Shown here: one piece after another, positions 11,592-21,100 of the stretch
How positions within the stretch are numbered: the first letter of the stretch is position 1
Layout of the letters: every line of letters begins with the position of its first letter
Assembly (NCBI GenBank): GCA_963778195.1
Contig: CAVZTG010000008.1
Location: forward strand, 310,898-374,897
From: Terriglobales bacterium
GTDB taxonomy: Bacteria; Acidobacteriota; Terriglobia; Terriglobales; Acidobacteriaceae
Length of the DNA: 64,000 nucleotides
Direction: 5' to 3'
Made by a program: the position numbers and the translations under genes
Notes under the pieces: generated by a model
Databases searched by the model: none
What the model was told of the DNA's origin: nothing
The model's input: only the letters and a program-made list of their open reading frames with translations

Positions 11592-13244
11592 CTATACGCC
11601 CGCCAGATATTGATGTGCAAAACGGACCGCCATGGAGCCCTCGCCGACCGCTGAGGCAACGCGCTTGATGGAGCCGTAGCGGACATCGCCGGCAGCGAAA
11701 ACTCCCGGCATGCTGGTCTCGAGCATGTAGGGATCGCGGGCCTCGGGCCAGCCGGGCGGGCGCTTGCCATCGTGCATGAGGTCACGGCCGGTGAGGAGAA
11801 AGCCCTTGAGGTCGCGCTGCACTATCTGTGGCAGCCAGTCGGTATTCGGCTCAGCGCCGATGAAAACGAAGAGAGAGCCAGCGTCCCACTCCTCTTCGCC
11901 ACGGGGAGTTTTGACGCGAATTGACGACAGCCGAGCCGTCCCTTTTGCCTCAATCACCTGGGTTCCCGTTTCCACTCGAATATTGGATGTGCCAGCAATC
12001 TGATCGATGAGGTATTTCGACATGCTATTTTCAAGCGAAGCGGCGCGGACGATCATTACAACTTCTTTGGCATATTGGGAGAAATAGATGGCTGCCTGGC
12101 CGGCGGAGTTGGCCCCGCCGACGATGTAAACCGACTCATTCTGGCAGGCTTCGGCCTCAGAGAGGGCGGCGCCGTAATAGACGCCGGCTCCGGTGAACTC
12201 TTCCAGACCCGGAATCTCCATCCGCCGGTAATCAACGCCCATGGCGAGGAGGAGAACGTGGCAGGAAATCTCCTGCCCGCTGGCCAGCTTGACGATGCGA
12301 TAGCGGTCATCGAAGCGGACGCTGAGAGCCTCCTGGGTAAGAAACTCGACGCCGAATCGCATGGCCTGCAAATAGGCGCGCTGGGCGAGCTCGGCACCGG
12401 TGACGCCGGTAGGAAAGCCGAGGTAGTTCTCAATGCGCGAGCTGCTGCCGGCCTGTCCGCCGGGCGCGGCCGGCTCCAGGATGAGCGTGCGCAATCCCTC
12501 TGACGCTCCGTAGACACCGGCGGCAAGTCCGGCGAGTCCGGCACCGACGATGATGAGGTCGTAGAACTCCTTCTCCGCCTCGGTGTGGAGGCCGACGCGG
12601 GTGGCGAGCTCGGTGCGGCTGGGCTGGACGAGGGCGTTCCGTCGGGAAAGAAGACGACGGGGAGGCGGGAGTCATCGAGGTTCCGCTTGCGCAGGAGGCC
12701 CGCGACCTGCTCATCGGATTCCGGATTGAGCCACTCGAAGGGGACGCCGTTGCGGGCGAGAAAGTCGCGCACCTCATGGTCCTTGCGCGACCAGCGCGGG
12801 CCACGACTCGCAGGCCTTCATAGGGAGCTTTGTAGCCCTGGCACCAGGTGCCGAGCAGATCGTCGAGCACGGGGTAGAGCTTTTCTTCCGGCGGGTCCCA
12901 CGGCTTGGTGAGGTAATAGTGGATTTTGGCGGAGTTGATGGCGCGGATGGCGGCCTCAGTGTCGGCATAAGCGGTGAGCAGGGTGCGGCTGGCGGCGGGA
13001 GCGAACTCGATGCTCTTCTCGAGAAACTCGACGCCGGTCATTCCGGGCATGCTCTGGTCAGAGACGATCAGCGCGACGGCATCGCCGCGCGCTTCAACTG
13101 GCGGCAGACGTCGAGGGCGGCGGGGCCGGAATCGGCCTGCAGGATTCGATAGTCGCGTCCATAATGGTTGCGCAGGTCCCGCACCACGCTCTCGAGGACG
13201 CTGGCGTCGTCGTCTACGGCTAAAATAACCGGCTTATTTGCCAT
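11592..13244 (-). pseudogene. fused response-regulator receiver / thioredoxin-fold / thioredoxin-reductase-like flavoprotein, three frameshifts as sequenced
   Basis: REC domain MANKPVILAVDDD.. (13244 down), continuing in a second frame (SMPGMTGVEFL..YYLTKPW). The Trx-fold segment is in a third frame (RDFLARNGVPFEWLNPESDE..VVFFPDG). The TrxR-like part is the ORF at 11592-12494 (GGQAGSSSRIENYLGFP, IVGGANSAGQAA, GVFAAGDV). Frame breaks are near 13080, 12800 and 12640, all in the same direction. The position aligned with the TrxB CATC motif reads GAAL, so there is no CxxC. Confidence 0.8.
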
Positions 13245-13339
13245 GCATATCTTCCGGAGCCGGGGAGTTCGATGCCATTCCATCTCCAAACGGCTCAAGT
13301 ACTTGTTGCCATTCTACCTTTGTAAAAGCGCGAACCGCC

Positions 13340-13428
13340 GGGGGGGCGTGTCAAAAGGGGAAGTGGGTTGGGGTGGGAGGGGGTGGGGGTAAATTTTGGG
13401 GGAAGGTCTGCATGGATTGGTGGGGGGG
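13340..13428 (+). promoter_or_regulatory. G-run cluster (G-quadruplex-forming potential) in a divergent promoter region
   Basis: The plus strand reads GGGGGGG..GGGGAAGTGGGTTGGGGTGGGAGGGGGTGGGGGTAAATTTTGGGGG..GGGGGGG, with a dense core at 13357-13402. It lies between the divergent starts at 13244 (-) and 13483 (+). Confidence 0.6.
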
Positions 13429-13482
13429 ACGATGTAGCTTTTGTATGTTTTAGTAGGTTGATTTTTTCCGGGTCACAAACTC

Positions 13483-14175
13483 ATGACAAAAGTAATCCTA
13501 GCCGACGTGCAGGCGATCTTCCGGACCGGTGCTGCCAAGGTGCTGGCTGTAGAAGACGACCTGAGAATTGTGGGGCAGTGTGATGATCTTCCGCGCCTGC
13601 TGGCGGCCATCACCAGCTTCCACCAATCCGTGATTATCATGGCGTCGTCGCTGCGCCCTGACTTTCCTCAACTGCTGGCGCAGCTAAAAGACTGCTCGTC
13701 GCGGGCCATCATTATTGGTGAAGATGCCGAAGGTCCACGCCGCTATCTTGAGCTTGGCTTTGATGGCTTTATCCACCGGAACATCTCGGGGCAGGTGCTG
13801 GTGAACTGCGTGCGGCATGTCGCCCGCGGCGAAAAATGGGCGCCCTCAACCGACCGGGCCTCTGACGCGGACGAAGTTGACGCGGTGGGAACGCGGGTTC
13901 GCGACCGGCTGACGCCGAAAGAGATGAAGATCGTCGGCCTGATCGTGCAGGGTTACAAAAACAAAGAGATCGCGCAGGTGCTGGGCACGACCGAGCAAGT
14001 GATCAAAAACTACCTTCGCAGCGTTTATGACAAGACCGGGGTCTCGGACCGGCTGGAGCTGGCGCTGTTCACCATCCACCATCGCGTGCTGGCCGAGGCC
14101 GCAGCCCAGGCGGGATCCGTGCCGCTGCCCACTGCCAGCGCCCCGGGTGCTGCTCCGGTGCCGCGAGTCAGCTAG
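13483..14175 (+). CDS. LuxR/NarL-family transcriptional regulator with atypical (pseudo-)receiver domain
   Basis: 230-aa ORF with a C-terminal LuxR HTH (LTPKEMKIVGLIVQGYKNKEIAQVLGTTEQVIKNYLRSVYDKTGVSDRLELA). The receiver-like N-terminus lacks the usual acidic pocket and phospho-acceptor Asp: ILADVQ replaces DD, and IIMASSL occupies the LLDL position. Confidence 0.85.
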   Translation: MTKVILADVQAIFRTGAAKVLAVEDDLRIVGQCDDLPRLLAAITSFHQSVIIMASSLRPDFPQLLAQLKDCSSRAIIIGEDAEGPRRYLELGFDGFIHRNISGQVLVNCVRHVARGEKWAPSTDRASDADEVDAVGTRVRDRLTPKEMKIVGLIVQGYKNKEIAQVLGTTEQVIKNYLRSVYDKTGVSDRLELALFTIHHRVLAEAAAQAGSVPLPTASAPGAAPVPRVS

Positions 14176-14295
14176 GGCGCAGGTCGGCCGGGGCGAGGGT
14201 AGGACAAGGGACGCGGGTCGGCCAGAGGCGCGGGTCGGCTGGGGGCGCAGGTCAGGCCAAGGGGCGCAGGTCAGGCAAGGGTCGGCTAGGGCTTG
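14174..14295. repeat. degenerate 16-18 bp tandem repeat (about 6.5 units, consensus near AGGGGCGCAGGTCRGCC)
   Basis: Units read directly: agggcgcaggtcggcc / ggggcgagggtaggac / aagggacgcgggtcggcc / agaggcgcgggtcggct / gggggcgcaggtcaggcc / aaggggcgcaggtcaggc / aagggtcggct. The array starts at the LuxR stop codon and fills the convergent spacer up to the peptidase gene stop. Confidence 0.8.
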
Positions 14296-16457
14296 CCCAC
14301 CAGCGGCAGCTCCAGGTGTGACGGGTATTCGGCGGAGGTATAGATCTTCTGGGTCGCATCCTTATAGTCAGAGGGCTGCGCCAGCATGATGTTCGCGACA
14401 TAGGTCTGCGGGTTCCTGTCATAGAGCGGGAACCATGTGCTCTGCACCTGCACCATAATCCTGTGGCCTTTGAGGAAGACGTGGTCGGCCGCGTGCAGGT
14501 TGAATTTGTATTCCTCAACCTTGTTTGCCGGGGTCGCCGCGGGATGCTCGTTGCTCTCGCGGTAGCGTCCGCGGAAGATTTCCATGTTCGTCATCAGTTC
14601 GTGGCCGGCCATCTTTCCCTGGTCCGGCGTGTCGGGGTAAACGTCAATCAGCTTGACCACCCAGTCGCTGTCGGTCCCACTGGTGGAGGCGAAAATATCG
14701 GCCAGCACGTTGCCCGTGATGGTCACATTATTCTTCAGCGGATCGGTCTTCCACACCGCGACGTCGGGCCGGCCGTCTACGAAGCGCTGGTCCTCGACCA
14801 GCCACGTGTACCACTTCGATCCCTGGGAATAGGTCGCCTGCACCGGCCGATGGCGGTATGGCACCGGATCGGTAATGCGGGAGACGTAGCTGACGGAGGC
14901 ATCTTTCTCTGACGGCCTCTTGAAGCCGAGCTCGCCCTTGGGTCCCAGATAGAACGGCGTTGGCACGGACTCCTGCGGCGGCCAGTGGGAGTAGTACTTC
15001 CACTCATTCGTCCCGGTCTGAAAGGCGGCGGTGTTCTTCAGCTTGAACTCGCCCTCATCCTTCAAATAGTGCGCGAAGAACGGCGCCTCGAGCTGCTCGC
15101 GAAATTGATCGGTGGTGACCTGAACGAAATCCACGTCGCCGAGATGCCGGGTCGTTCCCGCCCAGCCGCCGTGACGCCAGGGCCCGAGCACGAGGAAGTT
15201 AATCCCGGTCTTATCCAGCGGCTCGAGCGTCTTGTACTCCTCCTGCGGCCCGTACATATCTTCCTGGTCCCAATATCCGCCGACATCGAGCGTCGGCACC
15301 TTGAGCGCGGTCAGGGTGTGCGCGACTCCCCTTGCCTGCCAGTAGGCGTCGTAGGAGGGGTGCTCCAGAAATCCCTGGAAGGTCGGCAGCTGCGATGCCT
15401 TGGCCAGCTTGCCGGCGGCGTCAAACGAGCCGGCATTCAGAAAGTAGGTGTAAGCATCCTCATCCAACTTGCCGAAGGAATTTTCCTTCGAGCTCTCCAT
15501 TCCGATCACGTAGTCGTATCCGTAAGTCTGACGAAATGCGCCGTTGTGAAAGAAGTCGTCGCCCAGCCACACGTCAATCATCGGCGCCTGGGGAGAGATC
15601 GCCTTCACTGCGGGGTGCGGATCAATGCCTGCCTCGGTGGCGAGAAAGCCCGGGTAAGAAATTCCTGCCACGCCGACGCGGCCGTTGTTGTTGGGGATAT
15701 TTTTGAGCAGCCAGTCAACGGTGTCGTAGGTGTCGGTGCTCTCGTCAATTGCCTTGGGATTTTTGTGGTCCTCGAGCGGACGGCACATGACAAACTGGCC
15801 CTCGGACTTGAAGCGGCCGCGGATGTCTTCAAAGACAAAGATGTATCCGCTCTTAGCGAGCTCGGTGTAGCGGCTGTTCAGGCTATCGGAATCGTTTCCG
15901 TCCACACCGTATGGAGTCCGCTCCATCAAAAACGGCAGCGGGCCTTTTTGATCCTTGGGGCGCAGTATCACTGCATGGAGCTTGATTCCATCGCGTGACG
16001 GAATCATGACCTCTTCGCGCACATACTCAGGAAAAGTAAAGCGCTCGGGCGCACCGGCGACACGCGGCAGCGTTTTTGGACCGCTGCCCGAGGGAACCAC
16101 CATGCCGGTCACCTTGCCGCCGGCGTCGCGGGTAAACGAAATCTCGGCTCCGAACGCTGTGAACTTGTCTTTTGCTGCCGGAGTGAGCTCAACCGGCGGG
16201 CGGCGGCGGCCGTTGAGAAAGACTTTCGCGCCGGTGTTGTAGACGCTGGCGACAGTTTCCGGCTCATCGGGATCCTGATAGCGACCGGCGACCTCGGCGG
16301 CCTGGACCTCGGTGATGTCGAATGGCTTCGCGTCGTTCTTCGTGTCAGCCGCGGCGGCCTGGGCCGCAGTCCGCAAGGGTGACGCAGTCAAAATGCCGCA
16401 TAAAAAAAGCAGCGCAACAGTGTGCGCCGCTCGCGTTCCAGTTTTCGCCAGATTCAT
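14286..16457 (-). CDS. CocE/NonD-family (S15, Xaa-Pro dipeptidyl-peptidase-like) serine hydrolase, secreted
   Basis: Intact 723-aa ORF with a signal peptide, the nucleophile elbow GISYPG and a large C-terminal beta-sandwich region typical of S15/CocE enzymes. Confidence 0.8.
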   Translation of the reverse strand: MNLAKTGTRAAHTVALLFLCGILTASPLRTAAQAAAADTKNDAKPFDITEVQAAEVAGRYQDPDEPETVASVYNTGAKVFLNGRRRPPVELTPAAKDKFTAFGAEISFTRDAGGKVTGMVVPSGSGPKTLPRVAGAPERFTFPEYVREEVMIPSRDGIKLHAVILRPKDQKGPLPFLMERTPYGVDGNDSDSLNSRYTELAKSGYIFVFEDIRGRFKSEGQFVMCRPLEDHKNPKAIDESTDTYDTVDWLLKNIPNNNGRVGVAGISYPGFLATEAGIDPHPAVKAISPQAPMIDVWLGDDFFHNGAFRQTYGYDYVIGMESSKENSFGKLDEDAYTYFLNAGSFDAAGKLAKASQLPTFQGFLEHPSYDAYWQARGVAHTLTALKVPTLDVGGYWDQEDMYGPQEEYKTLEPLDKTGINFLVLGPWRHGGWAGTTRHLGDVDFVQVTTDQFREQLEAPFFAHYLKDEGEFKLKNTAAFQTGTNEWKYYSHWPPQESVPTPFYLGPKGELGFKRPSEKDASVSYVSRITDPVPYRHRPVQATYSQGSKWYTWLVEDQRFVDGRPDVAVWKTDPLKNNVTITGNVLADIFASTSGTDSDWVVKLIDVYPDTPDQGKMAGHELMTNMEIFRGRYRESNEHPAATPANKVEEYKFNLHAADHVFLKGHRIMVQVQSTWFPLYDRNPQTYVANIMLAQPSDYKDATQKIYTSAEYPSHLELPLVGKP

Positions 16458-16493
16458 TTTCTCTTCCTTTTCCTGAGAACTATTCCGAAGTCG

Positions 16494-18092
16494 CTACAGC
16501 TTTTCTGCCACCGATTTCGCCTGGGTAAACAGGAGCAGGTAATCGGGGCCACCGGCCTTTGAATCCGTCCCCGACATATTAAATCCGCCGAAGGGATGTG
16601 CGCCGACCATGGCGCCGGTGCACTTGCGGTTGAAGTAGAGATTGCCCACGAAAAATTCATCGCGCGCGCGATCCAGCTTCTCCCTCTGCTCGGTGTAGAC
16701 GGCGCCGGTCAGGCCAAACTCGGTGTTGTTGGCGATCCGCAGCGCATCCTCAAACCCATGGGACTGAATGACGGCGAGCACGGGGCCGAAGATCTCTTCC
16801 TGCGCGATGCGAGCGGTGGGGGCAACGTCGGCAAAGACCGTGGGCTGGATGTAATATCCGCCACTCTCGGTCTCAATCGCGTTGCCGCCGGTGAGCAGGC
16901 GGGACTCGCCTTTGCCAATCTCGATGTAGCCGAGGATGGATTGATAGGCCGACTCGCTGACCACGGGGCCGGCGGCAAAATTATCCGCCGGGTCGCCGGA
17001 AGCAATGGACTCCACGCGCTGCTTGAGCCGCGACACAAAAACTTCATAGATCTTCGAATCCACAATGGCGCGCGAACAGGCCGAGCACTTCTGCCCGTTG
17101 AAGCCGAAGGCGGCCGACGCCACGCCCTCAACTGCGGCGTCGAGATCGCAGTCCACATCCACGATGATGGAATCTTTGCCGCCCATCTCGAGCACAGTGC
17201 GCTTGATCCAAATCTGTCCGGGCTGGGCGACGGCCGCGCGGGCGTGAATGTCGAGGCCCACTTCTTTAGAGCCGGTAAACGCGATGAAGCGCGTCTTAGG
17301 ATGCTCGACAATCGCGTTGCCGAAGGTCGCGCCCGAGCCGGGGCAGAAGTTGACTACGCCTGGCGGGAGGCCGGCCTGCTCAAGCAGATCGAAGAAGCGC
17401 GCCGCAATGGTCGGAGACTCGCTCGACGGCTTGAGCACCACCGTGTTGCCGGTAACGATCGCCGCCGCGGTCATGCCTGCCATAATCGCGAGGGCAAAAT
17501 TCCAAGGCGGAATCACCGCTCCGACGCCCAGCGGAATATAAAGCAGCTGATTGCGCTCACCGGGAAGCTGGATGGGCGGCTTGGACTGCGCCAGCCGCAG
17601 CGCCTCGCGCGCATAAAAATCGAGGAAGTCAATGGTCTCGGCGACGTCGGCGTCGGCCTCGACCCAGTTCTTGCCGACCTCATAGACCAGCCAGGCGCAG
17701 AACTCGAACTTGCGTTGCCGCAGCAGCTCCGCCGCGCCCAGGAGTAAAGAAGCACGCTCCTCAACCGGCGTCCGCTTCCAGACCTCGAAAGCCGAGAGCG
17801 CCGCCTGCATGGCCTGCTCGGCGTGTGCCGCGCCGGCCTTTTGGTGAATGCCCACGACCTGCGCGGGCTTTGCGGGATTGACCGACGTAATCTTTTCCGC
17901 GGTGCGCAGCCTGCGGCCGCCGATCACCAGGTCATACTCGTGCCCGAGCTGATCGGCGACGCGAGCCAGAGCCTGTCGCATGGCGCGCGCATTATCTTCG
18001 CGGGCAAAATTCGTGAATGCTTCGTTGCGGAACTCGCCCTGGGGTACGCGGGCAGAAATAATTGTAGAAATCTCAGCGGTCGCCATAACCAT
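16494..18092 (-). CDS. pruA: L-glutamate gamma-semialdehyde (1-pyrroline-5-carboxylate) dehydrogenase
   Basis: Intact 532-aa ORF of the aldehyde dehydrogenase superfamily (EMGGKD, FGFNGQKCSACSR, EEIFGPVL), with RocA/PruA-like N-terminal sequence and length. Confidence 0.85.
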   Translation of the reverse strand: MVMATAEISTIISARVPQGEFRNEAFTNFAREDNARAMRQALARVADQLGHEYDLVIGGRRLRTAEKITSVNPAKPAQVVGIHQKAGAAHAEQAMQAALSAFEVWKRTPVEERASLLLGAAELLRQRKFEFCAWLVYEVGKNWVEADADVAETIDFLDFYAREALRLAQSKPPIQLPGERNQLLYIPLGVGAVIPPWNFALAIMAGMTAAAIVTGNTVVLKPSSESPTIAARFFDLLEQAGLPPGVVNFCPGSGATFGNAIVEHPKTRFIAFTGSKEVGLDIHARAAVAQPGQIWIKRTVLEMGGKDSIIVDVDCDLDAAVEGVASAAFGFNGQKCSACSRAIVDSKIYEVFVSRLKQRVESIASGDPADNFAAGPVVSESAYQSILGYIEIGKGESRLLTGGNAIETESGGYYIQPTVFADVAPTARIAQEEIFGPVLAVIQSHGFEDALRIANNTEFGLTGAVYTEQREKLDRARDEFFVGNLYFNRKCTGAMVGAHPFGGFNMSGTDSKAGGPDYLLLFTQAKSVAEKL

Positions 18093-18125
18093 TCAAGTTT
18101 AGACCACCGCGGCGGTCGTTGCCCG

Positions 18126-18185
18126 CAGTGCTGCCGGCCCGGGTGCTGCCGCCGCCAGTGCTGCCGGCCCGGGTGCTGCCGCTAT
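18126..18185. repeat. 30-bp tandem duplication (cagtgctgccggcccgggtgctgccgc identical in both copies)
   Basis: Two adjacent copies at 18126-18155 and 18156-18185, identical over their first 27 nt. They sit in the 89-nt spacer between the synthase stop (18182-18184) and the pruA start (18092). Confidence 0.85.
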
Positions 18186-21100
18186 GCTCCCTCGGCGATG
18201 CGCTCGGTGGATCGCGACATTCTCGCCGTGCGCTCCAGCTTCTCCCACGAAAACGGCTTGCCATCAATGGCCCGCTTGATGGTCTTGAACAGCACGATCG
18301 AGAACACCTGCCGGTAAGCGAAGCGCTGCAGCCAGATGTGGAAGAGCAGCCATGCGTCTCCCTTGCTGGCCGGGTGCCGCCGCTCCAACAGGAAGGCGAG
18401 CGAGGAGGCCAGAAAATCAATGATCAGGAAGGTGAGGAAGTAGACGACGAGCTTGTTGAAGCTGGCGGCATCCACCGTGTCGGGATGGAAGTGCTTATCC
18501 ACCAGAAAATGAATGGTGCCGGCGACAAACATGATGTCAATGAACGGTGAGACCAACGGGAGCAGCATTTGAAAAATGATGATGTTGGGCAGCGCGAACA
18601 GGCCCATCGCACGGTGCCGTAGAAATGCTTTCCTGTGTTTGAAGACGGCCTGCAATATTCCAAACGACCAGCGGAAGCGCTGGCGCATCAGACCGCGCGC
18701 GTTCGCCGGAGCCTCGGTAAATGCGAGGGCGCGGTCCTCGTAGACGACTTTGTAGCCCTGCTCGAGCAGGCTCATGGTGAGGTCGGCATCCTCGGCGACG
18801 GTGTTGGCGTGATAGGCGCCGTCTTTTTTCACCGCGTCGGTGCGCCATGCGCCAATTGCTCCGGGCACGACGGTGACGACGTCGAATAGATCGAGCGCGC
18901 GGCGGTCGAAATTCTGACTGGTGATGTACTCGAGCGCCTGCCAGCGGGTCCAGAGATTTACGCGGTTGCCGACTTTCGCGTTGCCCGCCACGGCGCCGAT
19001 TTCGGGATCGGCAAAATAGGGCACGAGGCGCGAAATCGCGTCGGGGGCGATGATGGTGTCGGCATCAATCCCGACATAGATCTCTTCGTTGGTCTGGTAG
19101 AGCGCAAAATTCAGCGCCTCCGCCTTGCCGGCGTTGGGCTTGCTCAACACCGTCAGCCGGCCGGCAGCAATCTCGTCAGGAAATCTCTCGCGGGTCACGT
19201 TGAAGGTGCGGTCGCTCGAGCCGTCGTCAATGACGATGACGCGCAGGTTTTTATAATCCGACTGCAGCACGGAGCGCACGGTGCGCGCGATGACTTTCTC
19301 CTCGTTATACGCGGGAATGAGCACGGCGACGGCCGGCTTGTAATCCGGCCCAGCGACCATCTTGCGCTTGCGCAGCCGGTCAATGACCGCGAAGAGCCCG
19401 ATGATGATGAGGCGCGCGCTCATCAGGACGTCGCCAACGAAAAAGACGGTCACGACAAAGTGGCTGAACGCGGCCAGCCCGAAGAACGCGAGCGAATCCA
19501 CGCGCGCCGCCCAACGCTCCCGCCCAGTAATCGGAGGCATGACCTCGGCTGTCGTCTTGCCCATGAGCGCCGATACCGGGACAATCTTGTAGCCGTGGGC
19601 ACGGAGCGTATCAATTAATACCGGCAGTGCAGCGACCGTGGCCGCGCGGTTGCCACCGCCGTCGTGCAAGAGAATGATGCTGCCGCGGAACCACGGCTTG
19701 ACCTTCATAATTTGTAACTGGTCGAGCACACTTTGCGTGATCTCTGCCGGGGTCTTCTGGGGATGCTCATCCCAGTCGCTGGTATCAATCTTGTCGCCGA
19801 TGATGATGTAGCCCATCTTCTCGATGATCTCGATGGGGCGGGCCTGATCGTCGGTGTCCGGCTCCTGGTCGATGGAATATGGCGGCCGGAAATAGAGCGG
19901 CTTGAGCCCGAGCTTGCTCTCGAACAAGCGCTCGGTCAGGTTGAGCTCCAGCTCCAGATGCGCCTGAGAGATCTCGCTGATGTCGGGATGGGTGAAGGTG
20001 TGATTGCCAATCTCATGGCCCTCGCGAACATATCGCCGCAGCAGGCCGACGTTATCCTGGGCCTGCTCGCCGATCACCATGAAGGTCGCCTTCGCGTTCT
20101 TCTTCTTGAGGATTTCGAGAATGGGCGGCGTCCACACCGGGTCGGGGCCGTCATCAAAAGTCAGCGCGACTTCGTTGGGATGGTAGCCGTACTGCTGCAC
20201 GGTGTAAGACCGCGGATAGCTCTGCATGGTCTCCTGCGTGATGAGGCCGGTGTCGGGATCGAGCGTCACATCGCGCAGGCCGGCGCGTGGCGTGTCAATA
20301 ATGCGCAGGATGTCGCCGTCGCCCTCGGTGTCAACGTCATGGCCGGGCGGAACGACCTTGAGCGCATCCGGCGCGGACTCGGCATTGGGATGATCCCAGA
20401 TGCCCCACAGGGTGCGGTCTTCAGAGCCCAGCCGCCACAGGGCGAAGGTCTGCAGTCCTAACTCGCGGGCGGCGCGCATTTCATTGAGGGCGGTGACTCC
20501 GTCGAGATACCAGACCTGATGGCGCACGTGCTCATCTTCGTCGTCGTAAGCGAAGTGGACATTGAGCGAGCCGGGTTCGAGATGGATGTCGGCGCCGGAG
20601 TCGGCAGCGACCTGCCACGCCGACTGCACGTGGTCAAGCACATCAGTGTTGAGCACCTTGGGCTTGACCTTGGACTTGGCGCCCTTCTCCGGAAGCGGCA
20701 GGCTCCAGTCGTAGCCGTAATTTCCGATCGCGCAAATGAGCTTGTCTCGGGGAATAATCTTCAGCACCCGCTGCAGATTGGCGACGAACCACTCCTGCCC
20801 GGCGACGGGCCCGGGATCGCTGTCAGTCTCGTGCTCGTCATAATTCATGAGCACGACGCCGTCGCTATTCGCGGCCATGGTTTGGAACGTCAGTGTCTCT
20901 TCGCTCACCCCGGCATTCACATACAGCCGCAGGTTGTGCGCGTGCAGGTCCTGGTAGAGCTCGGTAATCAGCGCGCGATAGCCATCCTGGGCGTCGTCGG
21001 GGATGTTTTCAAAATCGAGCGAGAGGCCGTGATAGCGGGGATTGGCGGCGAGAAATGTATCCATCTGCCGCCGGAAGTTGGCGCGTGACGCGGGATTCTT

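Noticed and set aside
14174-14295. Possible CRISPR arrays at the tandem-repeat loci (14.2, 18.1, 27.1/27.7, 44.8, 46.1 and 53.9 kb).
   Set aside because: The units are 14-30 bp and directly abut each other with no unique spacers. There are at most about 7 copies. No cas genes are in the window.
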